A DNA stretch of 64,000 bases from Chloroflexota bacterium (GTDB lineage Bacteria; Chloroflexota; Dehalococcoidia; Lucifugimonadales; UBA826). Of this stretch, positions 56,617 through 64,000 are shown one piece after another (the stretch's first letter is position 1; the number at the start of each line of letters is the position of its first letter). The stretch covers positions 60,687 through 124,686 of the forward strand of contig PBKS01000019.1 in the NCBI GenBank assembly GCA_002722155.1, read 5' to 3'. Both the position numbers and the translations under genes were made by a program. The notes beneath the pieces were generated by a model. The model was given only the letters and a program-made list of their open reading frames with translations, did no database searches and was not told the origin of the DNA.

Positions 56617-58071
56617 TTAGGGGGTTCTAGGGTTGAAAACGATTCGCAGTACACGGTTATGTTTTGGAGGTGTTGCCCACTCCGCTATTCTCAGCCCTAC
56701 CACAGCTGCAATACCCTTATTAGAAACTATTAGAGGAACTAAATCACGATCTCGACGTGGTATTTTAGAATCTACCATAAAATCCTGTAGTTTCTTAGAG
56801 TTGGTCATTCCTGAAGGTTGAAAGATATCCCCAGGATTTCGATAACGTACCCATAAAGGCTCATTGCTTAGATTCATGTTGAGCGATGCCATTAAGCTAT
56901 CTGTTCCAACGTCTTTTATATGAGAACAATCATTTTCAGTCTGTAAGAATGCTGATATTTTCCAGCGTTCGGTAAAAGTGGATCCTGGAATTTTAATTAA
57001 GGTTGTGTTGTTTAAATTTGTGATCTTTGAGGGAGCATCAGTTGGCATAAAAATCAAAAGTTCTTCGTACACTTTTGTGACAATAAAACCTCCAGGAAGG
57101 TCAATAGATCTTCCTGTTGTTCCTTCGGTTATATCCAGCATCGATTCGATATGTTTATAAAAAACGTCTTGTTGCTCTCCGGTAGCCGTTTTGGCGGCTT
57201 TTTGCAATATTCTCCATTTCAATGATGGATGTAGTTTGCTCAAGGGATTTAATTTAATTCTGATTTCATCGTCCATTATAGTTGCTATAGAAGGCCAAAT
57301 CTCTTCTACTTTTGCACTTATATAGTTGTAATCCCGCTTTGCGGAATGTCCTAATTTATCTATAGATTTATATATTCCAGAATTGTACTTTTTCAGAAAT
57401 GGTAACAACTCTAATCGAACTGAATTTCGGGTGTATTCTGTGGAGGTGTTAGTTTGGTCTGATCGCCAAGGAATGTTATTAACACTGCAGTATTCGAGGA
57501 TTGAGTCTTTACTTAAAGTAAGCATTGGCCTAAAAATATTTATACCCAGATTGCCAATAGTTTGATGTGACATTTCGGCCATTCCTTGAAGTCCATTCAA
57601 ACCAGAGCCTCTAATGATATGCATTAATATTGTTTCGACTTGATCTTCGAAGTTATGACCTAGTATGAGGATAGATTTGTTATTTTTTTCATGAATGTGG
57701 GATGCGAAAAATTCGTATCGTGCTGATCTAGCTGCGTCTTCTAATGAGATTTTGTGTTTTTTAGATAGCTCGACTACGTTTTTCTCTGAGGCATATGTTG
57801 CTATACCTAAAGAATCAAAATAAGTTTGAACAAAAACTGAATCAGACTTGGCAGCCTCTCCCCTGATCTGATGGTTAAAGTGTAGGACTTCAACATTTGA
57901 ACTTATTTCGTTTTTAATCTTAATCAATGCATGTGCCATGGCCATAGAATCAGGCCCACCAGAGACGGCTAGTGAAAGATTTTGACCTTTAACGCCATGG
58001 GTGTTAGCTATATTTAGAATGGTTTTTTCGATGGAGAGAGCTTTCATATGAATATTTAAGGCTTTAATCAA
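56617..58071 (-). CDS. tilS: tRNA(Ile)-lysidine synthase
   Basis: PP-loop LAVSGGPDSMAM, LGHNFEDQVETILM, and a C-terminal TilS substrate-binding domain. TTG at 58071 or ATG at 58047. Confidence 0.9.
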   Translation of the reverse strand: MIKALNIHMKALSIEKTILNIANTHGVKGQNLSLAVSGGPDSMAMAHALIKIKNEISSNVEVLHFNHQIRGEAAKSDSVFVQTYFDSLGIATYASEKNVVELSKKHKISLEDAARSARYEFFASHIHEKNNKSILILGHNFEDQVETILMHIIRGSGLNGLQGMAEMSHQTIGNLGINIFRPMLTLSKDSILEYCSVNNIPWRSDQTNTSTEYTRNSVRLELLPFLKKYNSGIYKSIDKLGHSAKRDYNYISAKVEEIWPSIATIMDDEIRIKLNPLSKLHPSLKWRILQKAAKTATGEQQDVFYKHIESMLDITEGTTGRSIDLPGGFIVTKVYEELLIFMPTDAPSKITNLNNTTLIKIPGSTFTERWKISAFLQTENDCSHIKDVGTDSLMASLNMNLSNEPLWVRYRNPGDIFQPSGMTNSKKLQDFMVDSKIPRRDRDLVPLIVSNKGIAAVVGLRIAEWATPPKHNRVLRIVFNPRTP

Positions 58072-58673
58072 TACGAGGGTGTTTCATTCATAGTTAGAAG
58101 ACGGTATGAGTCTTTTTGTATTTCAATAGATGAGATTGAACCTAAATTTATATCAAGTTTATCGAAATGATTTGAATGTATACCTAACACGTTGCAAAGG
58201 ATGCCCTGGATTGGAAAAAGGTGAGCTACCACAGCTACCAAGTCTTCATCATAGTCATTGAAAATTTTCAAAATGGCTTTCCAAGCTCTTTCATGTACTT
58301 CACCGAGGGTTTCTCCTCCTGGTGGTCTAGCTGTGGAATGATCTCGTCTCCATCTTGCCATATATTCTGGATATTTATTATTCATTTCAGAGGCTTTAAT
58401 CCCTTCCATTTCACCTGAATCCATTTCCTTCAGTCCATCCAAATAAATTGGATCGAGATCAGTGAGTTTTGAAATATATCCGGCAGTCTCCTTAGCCCTA
58501 AAATAAGGGCTAGAGAACAAAAGAGTAGGATGATATTTCATAGAAGATATTTTTTGCGCTGCACCATCAGCTTGGCGTCTTCCTAAATCAGTTAATGCTA
58601 CATCACTGGTACCCAGAACCAACTGGTTCTTGTTAGCTATTGTTTCACCATGTCTAATTAGTAAAATTTTCAT
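58068..58673 (-). CDS. Histidine phosphatase family protein (third paralog)
   Basis: MKILLIRHGETIAN. 201 aa. The TGA stop overlaps the tilS TTG. Confidence 0.8.
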   Translation of the reverse strand: MKILLIRHGETIANKNQLVLGTSDVALTDLGRRQADGAAQKISSMKYHPTLLFSSPYFRAKETAGYISKLTDLDPIYLDGLKEMDSGEMEGIKASEMNNKYPEYMARWRRDHSTARPPGGETLGEVHERAWKAILKIFNDYDEDLVAVVAHLFPIQGILCNVLGIHSNHFDKLDINLGSISSIEIQKDSYRLLTMNETPSY

Positions 58674-59979
58674 CGTTAATGTTGTTTGATTCCGAATGTG
58701 CAGAAGTGTTTTCTGTGTTTGAATCTCGTGTGATTAGTAGGGACTCAATCTTAAATCGGTCCATTTCTAACACACGGAATGTCAAATCCTTGTATTCAAA
58801 TTCATCATTTAAATTTGGAATTTCTCCTATTTGATCTAAAACGAAACCTGCTATTGTTTCATATTCACCTTCCGGAAGGTCTAAATCCATTTCATTGTTA
58901 GCTTCCACTATGTCCATGCTTCCTTCAATCTGGAAAACGTTAGGCATGATGTTTTCATACTCAGATTCCGGTGATTCGCCCTCTTCCCCGACTCTGCCTA
59001 CTATTAGCTCTGTTAGTCTTTTAAGGGTCACTAACCCTGCTAATCCGCCGTATTCATCTAAACAAATCGCCATTTGATTACCAGCATGTCGGAGCTCTTC
59101 AAAAAGCTCAGAGGCCCATTTCGTTTCAGGTACAAAATGGGCATCCCGAATGACATCTGTAACGGAATCATTTTCATTTATTCCTTTCGTCGATAACATT
59201 CTCAGTACATCTTTAGCGGAGATTATTCCCACAATATTTTCATTAGTGTCCTTGTAGATGGGAAATCGTGTGTGAGAATGTTCTGAATATATAGAAAGGA
59301 AGTTACCAAAGGTTGTGCCACGCTCCATCACAATAATTTCGGTTCTAGGAGTCATTATTTCCCTAACTTGAGTATCTCCAAAACGGAATACGTTTTCTAG
59401 CATTTCTGCTTCGCTTGGTTCGACGGTACCCTCTGCTTCACCGAGATCTATCATCGACAAAATTTCACCTTCGGTTACTCCATCTTCCGATTCTTGTTCC
59501 TGCCCAAAGATAGATTGAGACGTCCTTGATAGCCATTGCAAAAATAAGATTAAAGGGTATAAGGATAGTTCAACTATTTTGAGTGGTCGGGCGTATAAAA
59601 ATGAAACTTTTTCTGATTTTTTGACGGCTAAACTCTTAGGTATTATTTCCCCAAAAATTAATAATAGTCCTGTTCCTACGATGGTGGCGGCGGCTACTGC
59701 GAGGGGACCTTCTTTCAACCATTTGACGGCCAAAGCAGTTACAACCGCGGTGAAGGCTACATTCACCAAGTTGTTACCCAACAAGATTGTTGAAAGCAAT
59801 CTTTCGGTGTTCGCGACCATGTTATGAACACGCTGGGCACCTGGTATGTGGTTGTTCACCAGATAATTTAGCCGTGTTCTTTGGAGGGAAAGGAATGCTG
59901 CTTCTGAACTTGAAAAAAAGGCCGACAGAAGAAGAAATATCCCTATTAGTACTATGCTAACAGTAGTGTCGTTTGACAA
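58654..59979 (-). CDS. CNNM/CorC-family membrane protein (DUF21 + CBS pair + CorC_HlyC)
   Basis: 441 aa. N-terminal 4-TM DUF21, the CBS pair region REIMTPRTEI..., and the C-terminal transporter-associated domain. Confidence 0.85.
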   Translation of the reverse strand: MSNDTTVSIVLIGIFLLLSAFFSSSEAAFLSLQRTRLNYLVNNHIPGAQRVHNMVANTERLLSTILLGNNLVNVAFTAVVTALAVKWLKEGPLAVAAATIVGTGLLLIFGEIIPKSLAVKKSEKVSFLYARPLKIVELSLYPLILFLQWLSRTSQSIFGQEQESEDGVTEGEILSMIDLGEAEGTVEPSEAEMLENVFRFGDTQVREIMTPRTEIIVMERGTTFGNFLSIYSEHSHTRFPIYKDTNENIVGIISAKDVLRMLSTKGINENDSVTDVIRDAHFVPETKWASELFEELRHAGNQMAICLDEYGGLAGLVTLKRLTELIVGRVGEEGESPESEYENIMPNVFQIEGSMDIVEANNEMDLDLPEGEYETIAGFVLDQIGEIPNLNDEFEYKDLTFRVLEMDRFKIESLLITRDSNTENTSAHSESNNINDENFTN

Positions 59980-60026
59980 TTACCACACCTCCCATACCTA
60001 GAAAACTTGGCAAATATTGGAGGTAA

Positions 60027-60599
60027 TTATAGATTGATTGTGTCGATTGTGTTATTAAATTCTGACTGATTTAATTCCCATCCTTGTCGGATGGCTGTTT
60101 TAGATACTGAGAAACTGAATCCTCTTCTTTGTAAATGTCCTTCTAATTTTTTATAAAATTGTTCTTTTTCTAAACCTGTCATAGATCTGATTTTTTTCTT
60201 GACGCATACAAATGCATTTTCAAGGTCATAAATATCTGAAACCGCTTGTTCTGCAGTGTGTTCAGAAATTCCCTTTGAAAGTAATTCTTGTTTGATAGCT
60301 CTTTTACTTTTTGGTCGGGATTGCTGTCTACTATCTACCCACATCTCAGCAAAACGAGAATCATCCAGTAACCCTTCTCTATACATCTGAGCAATCGATT
60401 TAGAAGTGATTTCAGACGAGAATGTTTTTAGTAATCTTTTTCGTAATTCTGATTCACTTCTAGGTCTGTAGGCTATGAATCGCCGGGCGACCGTATTTGC
60501 TTTTTCTGTTTCTTCATCGCTATCAAAAGCTTCGGCCAACTTTTTGTTTGGTTTGTAACCTGAATTAGTCGAAGCTTTTGGGATTTTTATGATTTTCAA
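60027..60599 (-). CDS. recX: Recombination regulator RecX
   Basis: 190 aa, basic helical-repeat protein immediately downstream of recA. GLLDDSRFAEMWVDSR is typical of the family. Confidence 0.75.
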   Translation of the reverse strand: MKIIKIPKASTNSGYKPNKKLAEAFDSDEETEKANTVARRFIAYRPRSESELRKRLLKTFSSEITSKSIAQMYREGLLDDSRFAEMWVDSRQQSRPKSKRAIKQELLSKGISEHTAEQAVSDIYDLENAFVCVKKKIRSMTGLEKEQFYKKLEGHLQRRGFSFSVSKTAIRQGWELNQSEFNNTIDTINL

Positions 60600-60613
60600 G
60601 AAGGTGAACCTGT

Positions 60614-61675
60614 TTAAATTGCTTTGTTCGCTTCTTCATCTGTTTCTATATTGTCGTCTAGAGGTACAATCAGATCATCCATTGGCTCAGGATTTAAGGC
60701 AACCTTCACCATTTCGTTTATTTCGTCAGTCAAAACAGGATTTTCTTTAAGGAATGTTTTAGCACTTTCCCTGCCTCGTCCGATTTGGATTTCTCCAAAA
60801 GAATAAAAGGCCCCGCTCTTTTTTACGATCGAATGCTCGACGGCTAAATCTAGTAGGTCGCCTTCCATGCTAATGCCTTCGTTAAACATAATGTCAAATT
60901 CGGCTGTTTTGAATGGAGCCGCTAATTTATTTTTTACGACTCTGGCTCTTACACGGTTTCCTATAATGTCGGTTCCTTGTTTTAAAGATTCAATTTTTCG
61001 AAGGTCGATTCTTACGGAGCTATAGAATTTGAGTGCTCTTCCACCAGGTGTTGTTTCAGGACTTCCCCAGAATACTCCGACTTTTTCTCTGATTTGGTTT
61101 ATAAATACCACGGCGGTATTGGATTTGCTGATGGAAGAAGTTAGTTTACGAAGACCTTGAGACATCAAGCGAGCTTGTAATCCAATGTGAGAATCGCCCA
61201 TATCTCCTTCCAGTTCGGCTTTAGGAACCATCGCTGCTACGCTGTCGACAACGACAACATCGACCGCACTGCTTCGTACAAGGTATTCACATATCTCGAG
61301 AGCTTGCTCGGCGGTATCAGGTTGAGAGACTAAGAGATTTTCAGTATCGACACCGCAGCGAGCAGCATAGCTAGGGTCTAATGCATGTTCTGCATCGATG
61401 TAAGCTGCGGTTCCTCCATCTCTTTGACTTGACGCCATTACATGATATGTGAGGGTTGATTTGCCAGAGGACTCAGCGCCGAAAATCTCAGTAACTCTTC
61501 CCTTGGGTATTCCACCCATGCCAAGGCCGGCGTCCAGCGAAGGCGATCCGGTTGAAATGGAATCCACCTTAACGTCCTGAGCGTCCCCTAATTTCATGAC
61601 GGCGCCCTTACCAAAATGTTTATCTATTTGCCCAAGTGCGAGCTCAAGGGCTTTTGTTTTCTCGTTTTTGTCCAT
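60614..61675 (-). CDS. recA: Recombinase RecA
   Basis: [18 protein letters not shown], Walker [10 protein letters not shown], and the L1/L2 loop contexts. 353 aa. Confidence 0.97.
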   Translation of the reverse strand: MDKNEKTKALELALGQIDKHFGKGAVMKLGDAQDVKVDSISTGSPSLDAGLGMGGIPKGRVTEIFGAESSGKSTLTYHVMASSQRDGGTAAYIDAEHALDPSYAARCGVDTENLLVSQPDTAEQALEICEYLVRSSAVDVVVVDSVAAMVPKAELEGDMGDSHIGLQARLMSQGLRKLTSSISKSNTAVVFINQIREKVGVFWGSPETTPGGRALKFYSSVRIDLRKIESLKQGTDIIGNRVRARVVKNKLAAPFKTAEFDIMFNEGISMEGDLLDLAVEHSIVKKSGAFYSFGEIQIGRGRESAKTFLKENPVLTDEINEMVKVALNPEPMDDLIVPLDDNIETDEEANKAI

Positions 61676-61713
61676 GGGAAATCTCCTGAAGGTCTTTTCC
61701 GAATAAAGAATTA

Positions 61714-61740
61714 TGTGCTAATTACACGAAGATTAGCACA
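61714..61740. promoter_or_regulatory. Perfect 9-bp inverted repeat upstream of recA
   Basis: tgtgctaat-N9-attagcaca, 39-65 nt upstream of the recA start. A second inverted repeat, atgttct-N18-agaacat, lies at 61764..61795. It is an operator or the sucD terminator. Confidence 0.35.
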
Positions 61741-61809
61741 CGAATTGGGCAAAGTAAAGACAAATGTTCTAAAAAAATAGCGAGGATTAGAACATGGGTG
61801 TTGATTGGA

Positions 61810-62685
61810 TTAAGAGATTAGCTCCCGCAGTGTTTCACCGATTGAACCAGGTCCAGGAATAACAGAGACGCCGGCGCTGGAAAGAGTTTTTATCTTTTCT
61901 TCGGCCTTTCCTGCGGAACCGGTGATAATGGCACCGGCATGGCCCATGCGTTTTCCTGGAGGTGCACTTTGACCGACGATTAAAGCCGCAATGGGCTTGG
62001 TAAAGTCGCTTTTTATATACTCGGCGGCTTCCTGCTCTTTTGTTCCACCAATTTCTCCGATCATGACAACGTTGTCGGTATAGGGATCGTTTTCGAATTT
62101 TTCTAGGATGTCTACGAAGGTAACCCCAGAAACAGGATCCCCCCCGATCCCTACGCAGGTTGACTGGCCAATATTAAGGTCAGTTAACTGGCCAACTGCT
62201 TCGTAGGTTAATGTGCCACTTCTAGAGACTACTCCTGTTCTGCCGGGCAAATGTATGTGACCAGGCATTATTCCCATTTTGAAATTCTCTCCTGGAGAAA
62301 TGATACCTGGGCAGTTTGGACCGATTAGAGTGACATCTTTATCCTTGAGGTACCTGACTACCTTTATAGTGTCTTGCACAGGTATTCCTTCAGTTATACA
62401 AGCTATTACATTGATTCCAGCATCTATGGATTCTACTATTGCGTCTGCAGCAAAGGCCGGGGGAACAAATATTAAGGATGCATTTGCAGATGTTTCGTCC
62501 ACAGCTTGTTGAACCGTATCGTAGATAGGAATTGTGCCGTCAAAAGATTGACCTCCCTTGCCAGGAGTGACTCCTGCTACTAAGTTTGCACCGTACTCCG
62601 CTGATCGTTGAGCGTGATAACTACCTTCTTTGCCGGTAATACCCTGTACTAATAGCTTTGTCGATTTGTCTACAAGAATACTCAT
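61810..62685 (-). CDS. sucD: Succinyl-CoA synthetase alpha subunit
   Basis: [19 protein letters not shown], and the phosphohistidine loop MGHAGAII. Confidence 0.95.
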   Translation of the reverse strand: MSILVDKSTKLLVQGITGKEGSYHAQRSAEYGANLVAGVTPGKGGQSFDGTIPIYDTVQQAVDETSANASLIFVPPAFAADAIVESIDAGINVIACITEGIPVQDTIKVVRYLKDKDVTLIGPNCPGIISPGENFKMGIMPGHIHLPGRTGVVSRSGTLTYEAVGQLTDLNIGQSTCVGIGGDPVSGVTFVDILEKFENDPYTDNVVMIGEIGGTKEQEAAEYIKSDFTKPIAALIVGQSAPPGKRMGHAGAIITGSAGKAEEKIKTLSSAGVSVIPGPGSIGETLRELIS

Positions 62686-62735
62686 CTATTTAATCCCATC
62701 AATTGTTTTAAGTATTTATGTTGTGAGCCGTTAAT

Positions 62736-63893
62736 TTAAGCTAGTTTTTTGATCTCGTTTGCGGCTTCCCCAAGGGTGTCAACTAGAATGATATCTAGAT
62801 TAGATTGGGCAAGAATCTCCCTCCCCTCATCAGAATTTGTTCCCAGCATTCTTACAACCATAGGCCTGATTCTGTCCGGTTGTTGCTCTGCAGCTAGCAA
62901 GAAGCCTCTTGCAGCTATATCACATCATAATATTCCTCCAAATAGATTTACTAAAACTGCCTTTACGCTGTCATCGGATAGGACTATATTGAGAGCTTTT
63001 GCCACCTTTTCTTCATTAGCTCCTCCACCGATATCCAAGAAGTTAGAAGGTGAAGCCCCAGCAGAACTTGTTACATCCATCGTAGCCATAGCTAGACCGG
63101 CACCATTTACTATACATCCGATAGTTCCATCTAATTTCACGTAGTTTATATCTGCAGATCGAGCTTCCACTTCAAGAGGATCCTCTTGAGAAAGATCTGT
63201 CATTTCTTGTATGTCCGGTTGCCTAAAAACGGCATCGTCGTCAATATCTAATTTCGCGTCAGCAGCTAAAACTTTCCCGTCCTTAGTAATTACTAAGGGG
63301 TTTATTTCCACTAATGAAGCATCTGTTTCGATGAATGCTCTATACAAGTTTTGGATCAGACTTGTGACGGCACGGATATATTCCTGTCCAAGATTGAGAC
63401 CGTAGGCTATTTTTCTACCTTGGAAAGGTTGTAGGCCCAATACTGGGTCGATTGGAATTTGGATTATCTTTTCTGGTGTCATTTCCGCCACTTCTTCTAT
63501 ATTCATCCCACCTGCCTCACTCGCGATTATGACTACTCCTTTGGAAGCCCCGTCTATAGCCATACCTAGATACAGTTCTTTCTCTATATCGATACCTTCT
63601 TCGATAAGCACAGAGTTAACAGGAACTCCTCCTGGACCAGTCTGAAAAGTGACAAGATTTGTTCCGATTAGAGATTCCGCGGCTTTTTGGGCAGATCCCG
63701 GAGATTCCACAATTTTAACCCCACCTCCTTTTCCTCTGCCTCCAGCATGTACTTGTGCCTTAACTACGACAGTGCCACCCATATCAAATGCCGCCGCCGC
63801 CGCCTGGCTTCCAGTTTTGGCTAATTGACCCTTTGGGATGGGAATCCCGTATTTTCCAAGTATTCCTTTTGCTTGGTATTCATGCAGTTTCAT
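62736..63893 (-). CDS. sucC: Succinyl-CoA synthetase beta subunit, interrupted by an in-frame TGA at 62925..62927 (recoding, mutation or sequence error)
   Basis: MKLHEYQAKGILGKYGIP ATP-grasp N-terminus, 322 aa up to ...VNLFGGIL. After the TGA the same frame continues for 62 codons: CDIAARGF...PMVVRMLGTNSDEGREIL...KKLA, then TAA at 62736..62738. This gives the canonical 385-codon length. Confidence 0.9.
62892..62916 (-). promoter_or_regulatory. Bulged hairpin 9-33 nt downstream of the sucC UGA (SECIS-like)
   Basis: mRNA AGCU-GCAAGA-[GGCU]-UCUUGC-U-AGCU. The stem is 6 bp upper plus 4 bp lower, with a single bulged U and a GG-initiated tetraloop. Confidence 0.35.
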
Positions 63894-63937
63894 TCTTATC
63901 TTTCCTAATTAACACTCATTAAATAAAGATATAAAAG

Positions 63938-64000
63938 TGGCGGAGGGTGTGGGATTCGAACCCACGATACCCGTTAGGATATGCCAGTTTTCAAGACTGG
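63938..64000 (-). tRNA. tRNA-Ser (anticodon UGA), 5' part cut by the window edge
   Basis: 3' end ...gtgggttcgaatcccacaccctccgcca (T arm, acceptor and CCA), long variable arm, anticodon loop CUUGAAA. Confidence 0.85.

Noticed and set aside
62749-63144. 131-aa ORF on the + strand spanning the sucC TGA region
   Set aside because: It is antisense to sucC. The minus-strand frame encodes the conserved SucC sequence on both sides of the TGA.
63938-64000. Whether the long-variable-arm tRNA next to sucC is tRNA-Sec (selC)
   Set aside because: The anticodon loop reads CUUGAAA, so the anticodon is UGA (serine, decoding UCA) and not UCA. The acceptor and T arms look like an ordinary class-II tRNA-Ser.
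1-64000. Global reassignment of UGA (genetic code 4 or 25) as the explanation for the two in-frame TGAs
   Set aside because: TGA terminates several genes at their expected conserved C-termini. Examples are the permease at 19690..19692 with an ATGA overlap, rnhA at 31837..31839, NAPRTase at 56612..56614 and the histidine phosphatase at 58068..58070. UGA is therefore a normal stop here.
1-64000. CRISPR arrays, transposases or IS elements, toxin-antitoxin pairs, restriction-modification or other defence islands
   Set aside because: I found no repeat-spacer arrays, no transposase- or integrase-like ORFs, and no characteristic defence-gene motifs while reading the ORF set and the intergenic regions.

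Overview
AT-rich (about 40% GC by eye) bacterial chromosomal window, densely coded on both strands. I saw no rRNA, CRISPR array, transposase, integrase or recognisable defence system. Core genes include dnaA, pyrE, nadD, obg, pth, trpB, purF-purN-purM-purH, tilS, recA-recX, sucD-sucC, moaA/moaC, rnhA and rdgB, plus tRNA-Thr(UGU) and a truncated tRNA-Ser(UGA). Accessory content includes three DHA2-type MFS transporters, three histidine-phosphatase paralogs, two tandem family-III CoA-transferases, an enolase-superfamily enzyme, a GMC oxidoreductase, a DUF1800/DUF1501/NHL trio, and a peptide-type ABC importer interleaved with aminotransferases. This mix is reminiscent of marine Chloroflexota (SAR202-like); that is a tentative inference only. 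Findings most worth a second look: (1) Two conserved genes are interrupted by in-frame TGA, although TGA clearly acts as a stop elsewhere in the window. In an AhpD-like peroxidase-related gene the TGA sits on the second Cys of the C-x-Y-C motif, a strong selenocysteine candidate. In sucC the TGA is followed by a SECIS-like bulged hairpin, but a simple CGA-to-TGA change is an equally good explanation. (2) An uncharacterised four-gene His/Cys-rich envelope module lies directly after an orphan trpB and is the best candidate for an undescribed, probably metal-handling, system. (3) Five same-orientation DnaA-box-like 9-mers cluster in the obg/lyase intergenic region about 20 kb from dnaA, whose own upstream region has none. 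(4) A class-V aminotransferase has a conserved N-terminus with no canonical start codon. All functional calls come from motif recognition by eye; no database search was run.
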